Shown: positions 35,678 through 44,200 of the stretch, piece by piece | Layout: every line of letters starts with the position of its first letter | How positions within the stretch are numbered: position 1 is the stretch's first letter | Assembly: GCA_031412295.1 (NCBI GenBank) | Contig: JANOCU010000027.1 | Coordinates: 897-64,896 of the forward strand | Length of the DNA: 64,000 bases | Direction of reading: 5' to 3' | From: Bacteroidota bacterium | GTDB taxonomy: Bacteria > Bacteroidota > Bacteroidia > Palsa-965 | The notes under the pieces: generated by a model | Told to the model about the DNA's origin: nothing | What the model saw: the letters and a program-made list of their open reading frames with translations, nothing else | The model's database searches: none | Position numbers and translations under genes: made by a program

Positions 35678-36262
35678 TTACTTTGCGGGATGGTGCGCGC
35701 GGATGTTTTTAGCTGCGAGTTCCACTGTATTTTCTGTTCGCAACTTTCTCGTTTCCGGCTTTTTAGCAGTCATGATCCATTCGAGGATCATTTTTTTTGA
35801 AGAAGGAGGAAAGGCAAGGAAATTCTTGTGCGCCGTTTTATTTTTATCAAACAGCTTTTGGAGCTCGGATGGAATTTCCATGCTTTCCACTTTTTCCAGC
35901 GCTGTCCAGGTGCCGGTTTTTTTTGCAAGATCAACCGTGACTTGTCCGGCCGGTGTCATCAAACCTGCTTTGATCATTTTTGCTACGCGCTCACGGTTAG
36001 GTTTGCTCCAGTTGCTTTTCGGTTTACGCGGTGCGAAGGATTGTAAATGACTTTCATCATCATGTTTAATTGCTTTGCTGTCAATCCAGCCAAAACATAA
36101 TGCTTCTTCAACGGCTTCTTCGTAATTCACACTCACGGTTTTACTTCCTTTGCGATAGATGATCAGCCAAATGGTTTTTTCTTTTGCATGATTTTTCTCC
36201 AGCCATTTACGCCAGTGATTTCTTGTTTTTGCGTAAAATGTTTTTGGTTCTTTCAATTCCAT
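35678..36262 (-). CDS. YdeI/OmpD-associated family protein
   Basis: Likely start MELKEPKTFYAKTRNHWRKWLEKNH, typical YdeI N-terminus. Confidence 0.55.
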   Translation of the reverse strand: MELKEPKTFYAKTRNHWRKWLEKNHAKEKTIWLIIYRKGSKTVSVNYEEAVEEALCFGWIDSKAIKHDDESHLQSFAPRKPKSNWSKPNRERVAKMIKAGLMTPAGQVTVDLAKKTGTWTALEKVESMEIPSELQKLFDKNKTAHKNFLAFPPSSKKMILEWIMTAKKPETRKLRTENTVELAAKNIRAHHPAK

Positions 36263-36281
36263 GATTGTATTTATCTTTCTA

Positions 36282-37469
36282 TTAATCCAAAACAGCAAAC
36301 TTGCCAGTGTAAATAATTTTGTTGTCCTGCATTATTTTGACAAGATAAACTCCGGCCGGTAAATTTTCTTTTTTGATCAACACGGTCTTGCCTGAAATAT
36401 CCGGAAGTTGTTTTACGAGCTGCCCATTGGTATTATAAAAAAGCAAGGTTGCGTTTTTCAAAGCAGTATTCGTGCTTAGTGTTGTTTCAAAAGAAAATGG
36501 TGATGGAAAAAATGTTGCTGACAGCGCGGAATTATTTTCGTTGATACCTGAAAGATCACAGGTATCAGGTGTGTATTCCCAAAGATCATTCTGGTAGGAA
36601 GAAACGTAATCATTTATCCATCCCATTCCGACATAACCTTTACAATCGATTGAAAATGCTGTTGCGAGCTCTCTCAGGTTTCCGGCAAAATTCGAAACAG
36701 GCGTCCAGGTATTCGCCCAAACATCATACTTCCAAAAGTCCGATACACTTCCTGTTCCGACACTAGTAGTACCGGTACCAACATAGGCACAGCTTCCGAT
36801 TACGAATGCAGTCGCTTCACTTCTTTTAGTACCTCCGAAATTTGCTTTTTGAGTCCATGTATCTGTTGACTGATCGTATTGCCATAGATCGCGGCAATAA
36901 TCTGTAAGAGAAAGGCCGGTTGCTATAAAACCTTTGTCGCCAATGGAAAAACCAATAGAGGCAACGCGTCCCGAGCCAGAAAAATTTGCTTTCTGCGTCC
37001 AGGTATTTGTAAGTTGATCCCATTCCCAAACATCATTCAAATAAGCTGTAGGACAAATGCCAGTTGCAACATATCCTTTCGTTCCAATTGCAAATCGAAC
37101 GTCAATACGTCTCAGCGGTCCGGGAAAATTTGCTTTCTGCACCCAGCTATCAGTAGCCTGGTCGTATTCCCAAAATTCATTAGAGGAATAAAATTCACCG
37201 ATGTATCCTTTGTTACCAATGGTAAAAGCGAAACCTTCAGCAGAATCGGGAAAATCCGCTTTCAGCTGCCATGAATTATTTGCAGGATCATATTCGGCAA
37301 AATTATCGGGAGCATTTCCGTTGGCAATATATCCTTTGCCACTCAATGAAAAGCCGGGACAACTATAGTGTCCGGGTAAAGGACAATTCGCCTTTTGCGT
37401 CCACGTGCCTTGTGAAAAAAGTGCGCAAAAAGAAAATGTGGAAATTAATATGAGCAGGGTTTTTTTCAT
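36282..37469 (-). CDS. Kelch/beta-propeller repeat protein with a T9SS C-terminal sorting domain
   Basis: Signal peptide. Repeated WTQKANF..G motifs (about 6 blades). C-terminal CTD LLFYNTNGQLVKQL...GVYLVKI. Confidence 0.7.
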   Translation of the reverse strand: MKKTLLILISTFSFCALFSQGTWTQKANCPLPGHYSCPGFSLSGKGYIANGNAPDNFAEYDPANNSWQLKADFPDSAEGFAFTIGNKGYIGEFYSSNEFWEYDQATDSWVQKANFPGPLRRIDVRFAIGTKGYVATGICPTAYLNDVWEWDQLTNTWTQKANFSGSGRVASIGFSIGDKGFIATGLSLTDYCRDLWQYDQSTDTWTQKANFGGTKRSEATAFVIGSCAYVGTGTTSVGTGSVSDFWKYDVWANTWTPVSNFAGNLRELATAFSIDCKGYVGMGWINDYVSSYQNDLWEYTPDTCDLSGINENNSALSATFFPSPFSFETTLSTNTALKNATLLFYNTNGQLVKQLPDISGKTVLIKKENLPAGVYLVKIMQDNKIIYTGKFAVLD

Positions 37470-37487
37470 TAATTATTATTTTGGGGA

Positions 37488-37994
37488 TTATAAATAATCA
37501 GTCGGGTTCAAATAAAACATTTTTTTCCAACCCTGTTGATCTGAATCAATTCGCCAGAAGTAGGGAAGGAGCGTGGCAATGGAATAATGTAAATGCGGTG
37601 GTTTTCCTTTTGCATTTCCACTTGTGCCAACTGTGCCTATGAGTTCCTCACGACTTGCCCATGAAAATGTGGAAGTTTTAATTTCTTTTAAATGTGCGTA
37701 ATAATGTATCCGCCATTTGGGACCTAAAACAACGACAACATTTCCACCCATTCCCAGTTCTCCTGTGTAGATGACAAGCCCGCTGACAGCTGAATTAATA
37801 TTGGTGCCTTCTTTAGCGAATATGTCCACACCTTTATGCGTTCCTGATTTTCCCCATGGATAATACCAGAATGATTTGGCGTTGTAGCTTGTTTTTGTTG
37901 CGCCATCGACCGGCATTGAAAATTTTTGTGGAAGAATTAATCCCAGCAGGATGATTGCTATGATGATAAGACCTGCCTTTTTTCTTCGTGTCAT
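37488..37994 (-). CDS. M23-family metallopeptidase (LytM-like)
   Basis: HKGVDI and HLHY motifs with an N-terminal TM anchor. Confidence 0.8.
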   Translation of the reverse strand: MTRRKKAGLIIIAIILLGLILPQKFSMPVDGATKTSYNAKSFWYYPWGKSGTHKGVDIFAKEGTNINSAVSGLVIYTGELGMGGNVVVVLGPKWRIHYYAHLKEIKTSTFSWASREELIGTVGTSGNAKGKPPHLHYSIATLLPYFWRIDSDQQGWKKMFYLNPTDYL

Positions 37995-38212
37995 TTATTT
38001 GGGGGAGATTATTTAAATCAATTCATCTTTTCCCATCTCCGAAAAAAAGGAGAGGTGAATGTTGACGAGACAAGAGGAAGTAACAGTGCAGGGAATGTCA
38101 GAAATGCAAATGCAATCCGGGAACCTTTTTTGATTATCATTTTTAAATTGTTTGGTTCTTTAGAATTCAAGATAGCTAATATTAAGATATAGCTCCGCGG
38201 ACCAATCACTGC

Positions 38213-38572
38213 TTATTTCACATTCGCAATAACACGCCACACTTGCATCAATGAGCTTTCTGACTCGGCGTTGTATTTTCCGTGTCGCATTTCCGCTAGC
38301 TCCATAGCCGGTTTCGGATCTGCGCCGTATTCTATGAGGAGTTTAGCGATTGCTGCGAATTCTTTGATGTCAAATTCTTCAAGCAGCGAATTTGAAAGGC
38401 AGGATACGACTAAAGTAAGTGGAGTAGCGGGTTGGTGAATTGAATGATCTGCACCGGCGATTGCGGGAAAGACCTGGTTAGGGTCTTCTCCTGATTCTAA
38501 ATAATATTTTACAGTTCCGGCATCATGAGAAATGATCGCGGCGATTAATGCTTTTTTACCTTGCTCTTCCAT
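38213..38572 (-). CDS. Small ankyrin-repeat-like protein
   Basis: LLIEYGADPK and GEDPNQ motifs. Weak. Confidence 0.35.
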   Translation of the reverse strand: MEEQGKKALIAAIISHDAGTVKYYLESGEDPNQVFPAIAGADHSIHQPATPLTLVVSCLSNSLLEEFDIKEFAAIAKLLIEYGADPKPAMELAEMRHGKYNAESESSLMQVWRVIANVK

Positions 38573-38608
38573 CTCGTTTGTTTCTTATCAAAAGCCGGTT
38601 ACTTAATT

Positions 38609-38646
38609 TCAAAAAAAACTCCCCTGTTTCCGGGAGAGCTTTTTGT
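38609..38646 (-). terminator. Intrinsic terminator (A8 - CTCCC..GGGAG hairpin - T5) for the 38667..39239 gene; motif shared with 41122..41162
   Basis: aaaaaaaactcccctgtttccgggagagcttttt. Confidence 0.5.
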
Positions 38647-38666
38647 AAATTTTTATTCTGTAATTG

Positions 38667-39164
38667 TTATGGCTTGGTACAAAAATGCTGGATCGATTTT
38701 ATAAACTTATCCATTTGATCTTTGTCTTTTGCCAAAACCATTAACGTAATTGTTTTGGTGATCACTTCAGTATCGCTGCCGTGCTTATAGCTCAGGTCGC
38801 TTGTAAAATGGATCTTCAACTCAAGCAGATCAGGATGCCCGGACGACACGATAAATTCAAAAATTCCCATGTCGCTCCACGGAATTTTGTAATAGCTGTT
38901 TTCGAGCGGACTGCCGAATCTTTTTTGATGCGGTTCTCTGATTCGCTCAGTCACCAGGATCGCACTTTCTGTAAATGAAACTTTGACAATGTTATGATAA
39001 ACGCCATCGCCTGTGACGTATTTCCGTGCAACTGCATTATTAAGCAGGTTTTGTGCTCCTAAAAAAGCGGACTCTTTTGTATCGGTAAATTGTGCATTCA
39101 GGTCGGAGGAAATAAAAGCAGTCCCGATAAATACCGGGATCAGCATAAGGATTAATTTTTTCAT
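38667..39164 (-). CDS. Hypothetical secreted protein
   Basis: Likely start MKKLILMLIPVFIGTAFISS (signal peptide). The listed ORF extends 25 codons upstream. Confidence 0.4.
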   Translation of the reverse strand: MKKLILMLIPVFIGTAFISSDLNAQFTDTKESAFLGAQNLLNNAVARKYVTGDGVYHNIVKVSFTESAILVTERIREPHQKRFGSPLENSYYKIPWSDMGIFEFIVSSGHPDLLELKIHFTSDLSYKHGSDTEVITKTITLMVLAKDKDQMDKFIKSIQHFCTKP

Positions 39165-39338
39165 AAGTAAATTATTTGACACACGCTCCCGTTGTTTTTC
39201 AGTGGGTTCTGGACTCCACTTTTTAATCCATAAAATCAAGGGGGAGATATGGCGAAAAAGCCATGCTTAAAGTTAGGTAAAATTTAATAAGTAATAAAGT
39301 TTTCTATACCGCCCCTGTAGCTTCATTTTCGTATTATT

Positions 39339-40160
39339 TTATTTCAACTTTAAAAGTTCCTTTCTTCCTATAAGAGATTTCATTTGAATAATAGCAGTGC
39401 AGTTTAATTGTTTTAATCGTTCGCTCTGCATTATTCCCTGGTGAATTAGCAATGCGTTGATACTTTCCATGTTAGACAGCACAACTAACTGTTCAATGGA
39501 TGCTTCATCGCGAAGTGTGAGTTTTGTTCCCGGATTTTCTTTTTTCCATTGTCCTGAAGTCATGCCGAATAAAGCCATATTCAACAGGTCGGATTCATTT
39601 GCATAAATGAGCCCGATTTCTGCTTTGCTGAGCTCTTTTGGAATCAGCTTTTCTTTAATCGCATCAGTGTGAATGTGGTAATTGATCTTTGCTAACGTCC
39701 GGTGGAGGTTCCATTCCTGTTCGAGACGATGATTTTCTTCTTCTTTAAGCCGTTGGAATTCTTTGATCAGGTAAAGTTTAAACTCCGGGCTAAGCCAGGA
39801 ACCAAATTCAAAAGCAATGTCTTTGTGTGCGTAGGTTCCGCTGCCGTAACGGCCTGCTTTAGCCATTAAGCCAATTGCATTCGTCTTTTCAATCCACTTT
39901 TTTGCTGATAGGGTAAACCGGTTTAAACCCGCCTCATTTTTAATTACCCCGAATTCGGGGGAATTAAAACCCGGATTGTTCATTTGCTCCCAAATTCCAA
40001 TGAATTCGATCGTGTTTTTATTCCGCAGCCATTTCTCCATTAATACAAAGCCGTTTTCAAATCCTTTTACCATATCTGTTAAGGAAATGAAATCATCTTT
40101 TCCTTTTTGCATTATTGAGATAGCTGTTCCTTTTACGGTTATTGTTTTGTTCTTTGTCAT
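39339..40160 (-). CDS. KilA-N domain-containing protein (Bacteroidota roughly 270-aa family), paralog 1
   Basis: N-terminal KilA-N/APSES-like region (ISLTDM...), conserved central WISPEFKLYLIKEFQRLKEEE and C-terminal EQLVVLSNMES motifs. Confidence 0.7.
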   Translation of the reverse strand: MTKNKTITVKGTAISIMQKGKDDFISLTDMVKGFENGFVLMEKWLRNKNTIEFIGIWEQMNNPGFNSPEFGVIKNEAGLNRFTLSAKKWIEKTNAIGLMAKAGRYGSGTYAHKDIAFEFGSWLSPEFKLYLIKEFQRLKEEENHRLEQEWNLHRTLAKINYHIHTDAIKEKLIPKELSKAEIGLIYANESDLLNMALFGMTSGQWKKENPGTKLTLRDEASIEQLVVLSNMESINALLIHQGIMQSERLKQLNCTAIIQMKSLIGRKELLKLK

Positions 40161-40197
40161 GCCACTTATATTCTGGAATTATTTTAAATAATGATTT

Positions 40198-41022
40198 TCA
40201 TTTCAATTTTATAATCTCTTTTCTACTCAATAATGATTTCATTTGTACAATAGCAATTCCATTTAATTGGGTCAAACGTTCAGTCTGTTTCATTCCTTGA
40301 AGGATCAAAACAGAATTCAGACTTTCTAAATTGGAAAGCACCACCAATTGTTCTATCGTAGCATCATCACGAATGTGCTTTTCCTGGCCAGGAAATTCAT
40401 CACGATATTGGTTTGCGGTTTTACCGAAGATGGCCATATTCAACAGATCGGCTTCGCTGGCATAAATGAGACCAATTTCTGACTTGCTGAGCTCTTTGGG
40501 AATCAGCTTTTCTTTGATGGCGTCGGTGTGAATATGGTAATTGATCTTCGCTAGTGTCCGGTGAAGGTTCCATTCTAAATTTAAATTGTTACTCTCCTCT
40601 TTCTTGAGACGTTGAAATTCAGTGATCAAATACAATTTAAATTCCGGGCTAATCCATGAGGCAAATTCAAAAGCAATATCCTTGTGAGCAAAAGTGCCGC
40701 CATATCTCCCTGATTTTGAAATTATTCCTGTGGCATTGGTAGCGTCAATCCATTTTTGCGGAGTGAGAGAAAAGCTGTTTCCTCCTGATTCATTTTTAAA
40801 CGCATCGAATTCGATGCGTTTAAAACCGGGATTATTCAACTGTTCCCATAGGCCGCAAAAGTCTATTGCATTCCTGGTTCTAAGCCAGTTTTGGATAATG
40901 TAATTGGTTCTTTCCTTGTCCCTGTATCGGGCCATATCCGTAAGTGAAATAAATTCTTCCTCGTGTTTTGAATAAAGGACGATTTTAAAATTCTCAACTG
41001 TAATTGTGTTGTTTTTTGTCAT
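40198..41022 (-). CDS. KilA-N domain-containing protein, paralog 2 (tandem duplicate of 39339..40160)
   Basis: Collinear similarity to the neighbouring gene across the full length. Confidence 0.7.
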   Translation of the reverse strand: MTKNNTITVENFKIVLYSKHEEEFISLTDMARYRDKERTNYIIQNWLRTRNAIDFCGLWEQLNNPGFKRIEFDAFKNESGGNSFSLTPQKWIDATNATGIISKSGRYGGTFAHKDIAFEFASWISPEFKLYLITEFQRLKKEESNNLNLEWNLHRTLAKINYHIHTDAIKEKLIPKELSKSEIGLIYASEADLLNMAIFGKTANQYRDEFPGQEKHIRDDATIEQLVVLSNLESLNSVLILQGMKQTERLTQLNGIAIVQMKSLLSRKEIIKLK

Positions 41023-41121
41023 GACTGTACCTGTTTGCTATTTCGCGCAAACGTAGCCTACAGCTTTTCGAATAGTCGGTAATAAGCGGATATAGTCGTT
41101 TGTAAACGTTTGTATCGGCTT

Positions 41122-41162
41122 AAATAAAAAAAAACTCCCCCGCTACCAGGAGAGTTTTTTTG
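41122..41162. terminator. Bidirectional terminator (A-run - ACTCCCCCGCTACCAGGAGAGT - T7) downstream of the alpha-2-macroglobulin gene
   Basis: aaaaaaaaactcccccgctaccaggagagttttttt. Confidence 0.5.
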
Positions 41163-41201
41163 AATTTTTTTTGAATTTTCGAATCTCGAATTTTCGAATT
41201 C
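41162..41201. repeat. GAATTTTCGAAT palindromic direct repeats abutting the A2M stop codon
   Basis: tgaattttttttgaattttcgaatctcgaattttcgaattc. Confidence 0.5.
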
Positions 41202-44200
41202 TACAAAGCATTAGCATCCGCCTTCACAACATCCACCCACTTGCCCGCCTTTCGCGCATTGATCGTGTGATCATACATCGCTTCACAATAGAAAGCAGGC
41301 AGATAAAAATGTCCTGCATACGTTGCATTCAATTGTACCGTGTATGTTCTAGAACCTTTACGTGGAATGTCGAAATAAGTATACACACGGTCATCACGGA
41401 TATCCTGGTAATCGAAAGACGAATTTGCGGTTTGTGAAGGACCTTCTTCCATTCTTTCATTACGGATTTCCCAACCCGAAGGGAAGATCTGTATGAGCGC
41501 CATCTCCTGATAATCGCCGCGCACTCCCGGGTTGTAAATGGTAACCGTTGCAAGGAAATCTGTTCCCTGTTCGATCTTCGCCGGATCAAGCACGCTTCCG
41601 TTCATAGTGAGGAATTGTACCGTCATGCCCAACTCGCTTTCGGAATCTTCTTCTTTTCCGGCTGCAGGAACACCTTCGAGTACCATTCGTACGAACAACG
41701 TATTTGTGCCATTATTTTTCACAGTTACCTTACCGGGTTTTGTATTTGTGATCTTCATATCAACGGAAGAAAGTGGTTCTTTGCCATTGATCTTTCCTGA
41801 AATTTTATTCACGGTATAATCACAATCTATTCCACCGGAAGTTTTATCTGCGCCTGAGTATTGACACAACGCGATAAGACTATAAGCCGTAGTTTGTGTG
41901 CTCAGCCAATTCGATTTGTTCAATGTTTCTGAAATTTGTTTCGCAAGAGGAGCTGCTTTCACACGCATCGCATTACCCATGAGACTCATTGTTTCAAGGA
42001 TCATTGCTTCGTCGCGGTAATTATTTCCGTAGCTGTATGAAAGCTCAACGTAAGCAGGAACTGTTGTAGTAAGTCCGGCAACAATCTTTTTTGCGGTCTC
42101 ACCTTGTCCTGCTAATTGATACGCTGCTGCAAGTCTCCATTTCGCCGCAGTACTAAGCGTTTTTAATTCACGCAGCCTGTTCATTGCACCAAGCTCCGGC
42201 GCTTTTGCCAGCGCGAGTGTATACAAACGATACGCCTGCATCAGATCATCATTGTAATAATAATACGTATCGTAACGTGCTGTCCAATTCAACGCACGCT
42301 CTTTCTGGAATTTTTTCCAGTTTTCAATTAATCCTGCGGGAAGCGCAAAACCTTTTGTTTCCGCTTCAAGTAAAAAATGTCCGGCGTAATTGCTTCCCCA
42401 TTCGCTCGGAGTGCTTTCTCCCGGCCAGTAAGCTAGTCCGCCTGATGAAGTCTGGAAATTTTTCAGCCTGTTAATTCCTGCGCGGATATTTCTGTCCATT
42501 TCTTTTTTCTTATCCTCGCTTACCTTCATCAAATCGCCAAGATAAAGCTGTGAGAATACTGCAGAAGTTGTTTGTTCGACACATCCGTGCGGATACGAGA
42601 TGAGGTATTTCAATCGCTGACCTAAATTCAATGGCGGCACGGTGCTGAACTCAAGCGTTCCTGCATTCGTTCCATTCACACCAATCGGCGTATAGTCGGA
42701 CGTCCAGCTTTTTCCCGGGTCGAGCACCACTTCATATCCATCGGTGTGAACTGTATTCGGATTGCGCACATCCAGCTCGATGGTGTATTCTGCGCGTTCT
42801 CCACCGCCCATCGCAACAACTTTCACACTTCCCAGGCCGGAAGCATCTCCGACTTTCAAACGGAACGTAACTACATTATCACCGATATCTTTGAAAGTGG
42901 TTGTTTTTGTGGCGCCGTCTTCAAGAGAAAATAAATTATTCGGTGTGACTGTTACGGTAACATTTTTTACTTTTTTCTCCATTGCAAAAACATCAACAGG
43001 AAGCTCAACAGTTTCTCCCGGTCCGACTACACGTGGTAAAGTTGCAAGGATCATCAGTGGTTTTCTTACCGGCACAGTTTTTTCTGCACTGCCATAAGCG
43101 GTATTCATTCCTGTGATCACCATTACGCGGACAGAACCAACGTATTGCGGCATCATAAATTTCTGCGTTTGTTTTTCGCCCGGTTTTAATTCGAATGGTC
43201 CCATGAATTTTACCATCGGCTTAAAACGATTTGCTTTTTGTCCTCCGTTATTTCCATTTTCACCATCACCACCAATTCCAAGCACACGTTCCATTTCTGC
43301 ACCGTAAGCGCCGATCACCATATCGTACATGTCCCAGGTTTTTACACCAAGCGCTTCACGCGAATAAAAATTATTCCATGGATCAGGAGTTTTGAAACGT
43401 GTGAGATCAAGCAAACCTTCATCTACAACAGCAAGTGTGTAGGTCATTGCTTTTCCATCTTTTTCAGAAACAGTTACACTTGCCATTTCTTCCGGTTTCC
43501 AAACTGCAGCAGTAAGGAGCTGCGGATTTAAGTGTGTAGCAGGATCCTCTACTTCAATTGGAATGACGCCATACATTCTTATCGGCGCATCGTTGATTGT
43601 TTGTGCATGTGGCTGGATCAATGTGACGTTTACATAAATATTCGGTGCCATTTCCGCTGTGACCGGAAGCGTGTAAGTGATGTTACCTTTTTGTTCTGTC
43701 GAAGCCCAGAAAGCGTTAATCACTTTCGATCCGTTTTCAATGCTGATGAGCGCGCGTCCATGTCCCGGTGAAGGAATAGTAAGCGTCATTGATTCACCAA
43801 CATTATATTTTGTTTTGTCCGATGTGAATTGGAGCAAGCTTGCAATGTCCATTTCATTTGCGCCTGTTCCTTCCCAGTACGGCCAGTCCATCCACGCAAG
43901 CGTAGAAGTAGAATGCCCGCTTTCTTCATCTGTTACGCGGATTAAATAACGGCCGTAATCTTCATTCGCTACATTGAGATTGAATTTTCCGAATCCATTT
44001 TTTGTTTCAATCGTTTGTTCGAGATACGGACTGTAATATTCGCTGCTTACATAACGTGCGAGATTATCATAATCATCGCTCCACCACCAACGCCAGTCTA
44101 CTTTATAAATCTTGACATTTACTTTACCACGGGAAACAGGTTTTCCGTTCTTATCTACAGAGGCAACACGTACGCCCCAGTCTTTTCCTGTTTGCAGCAT

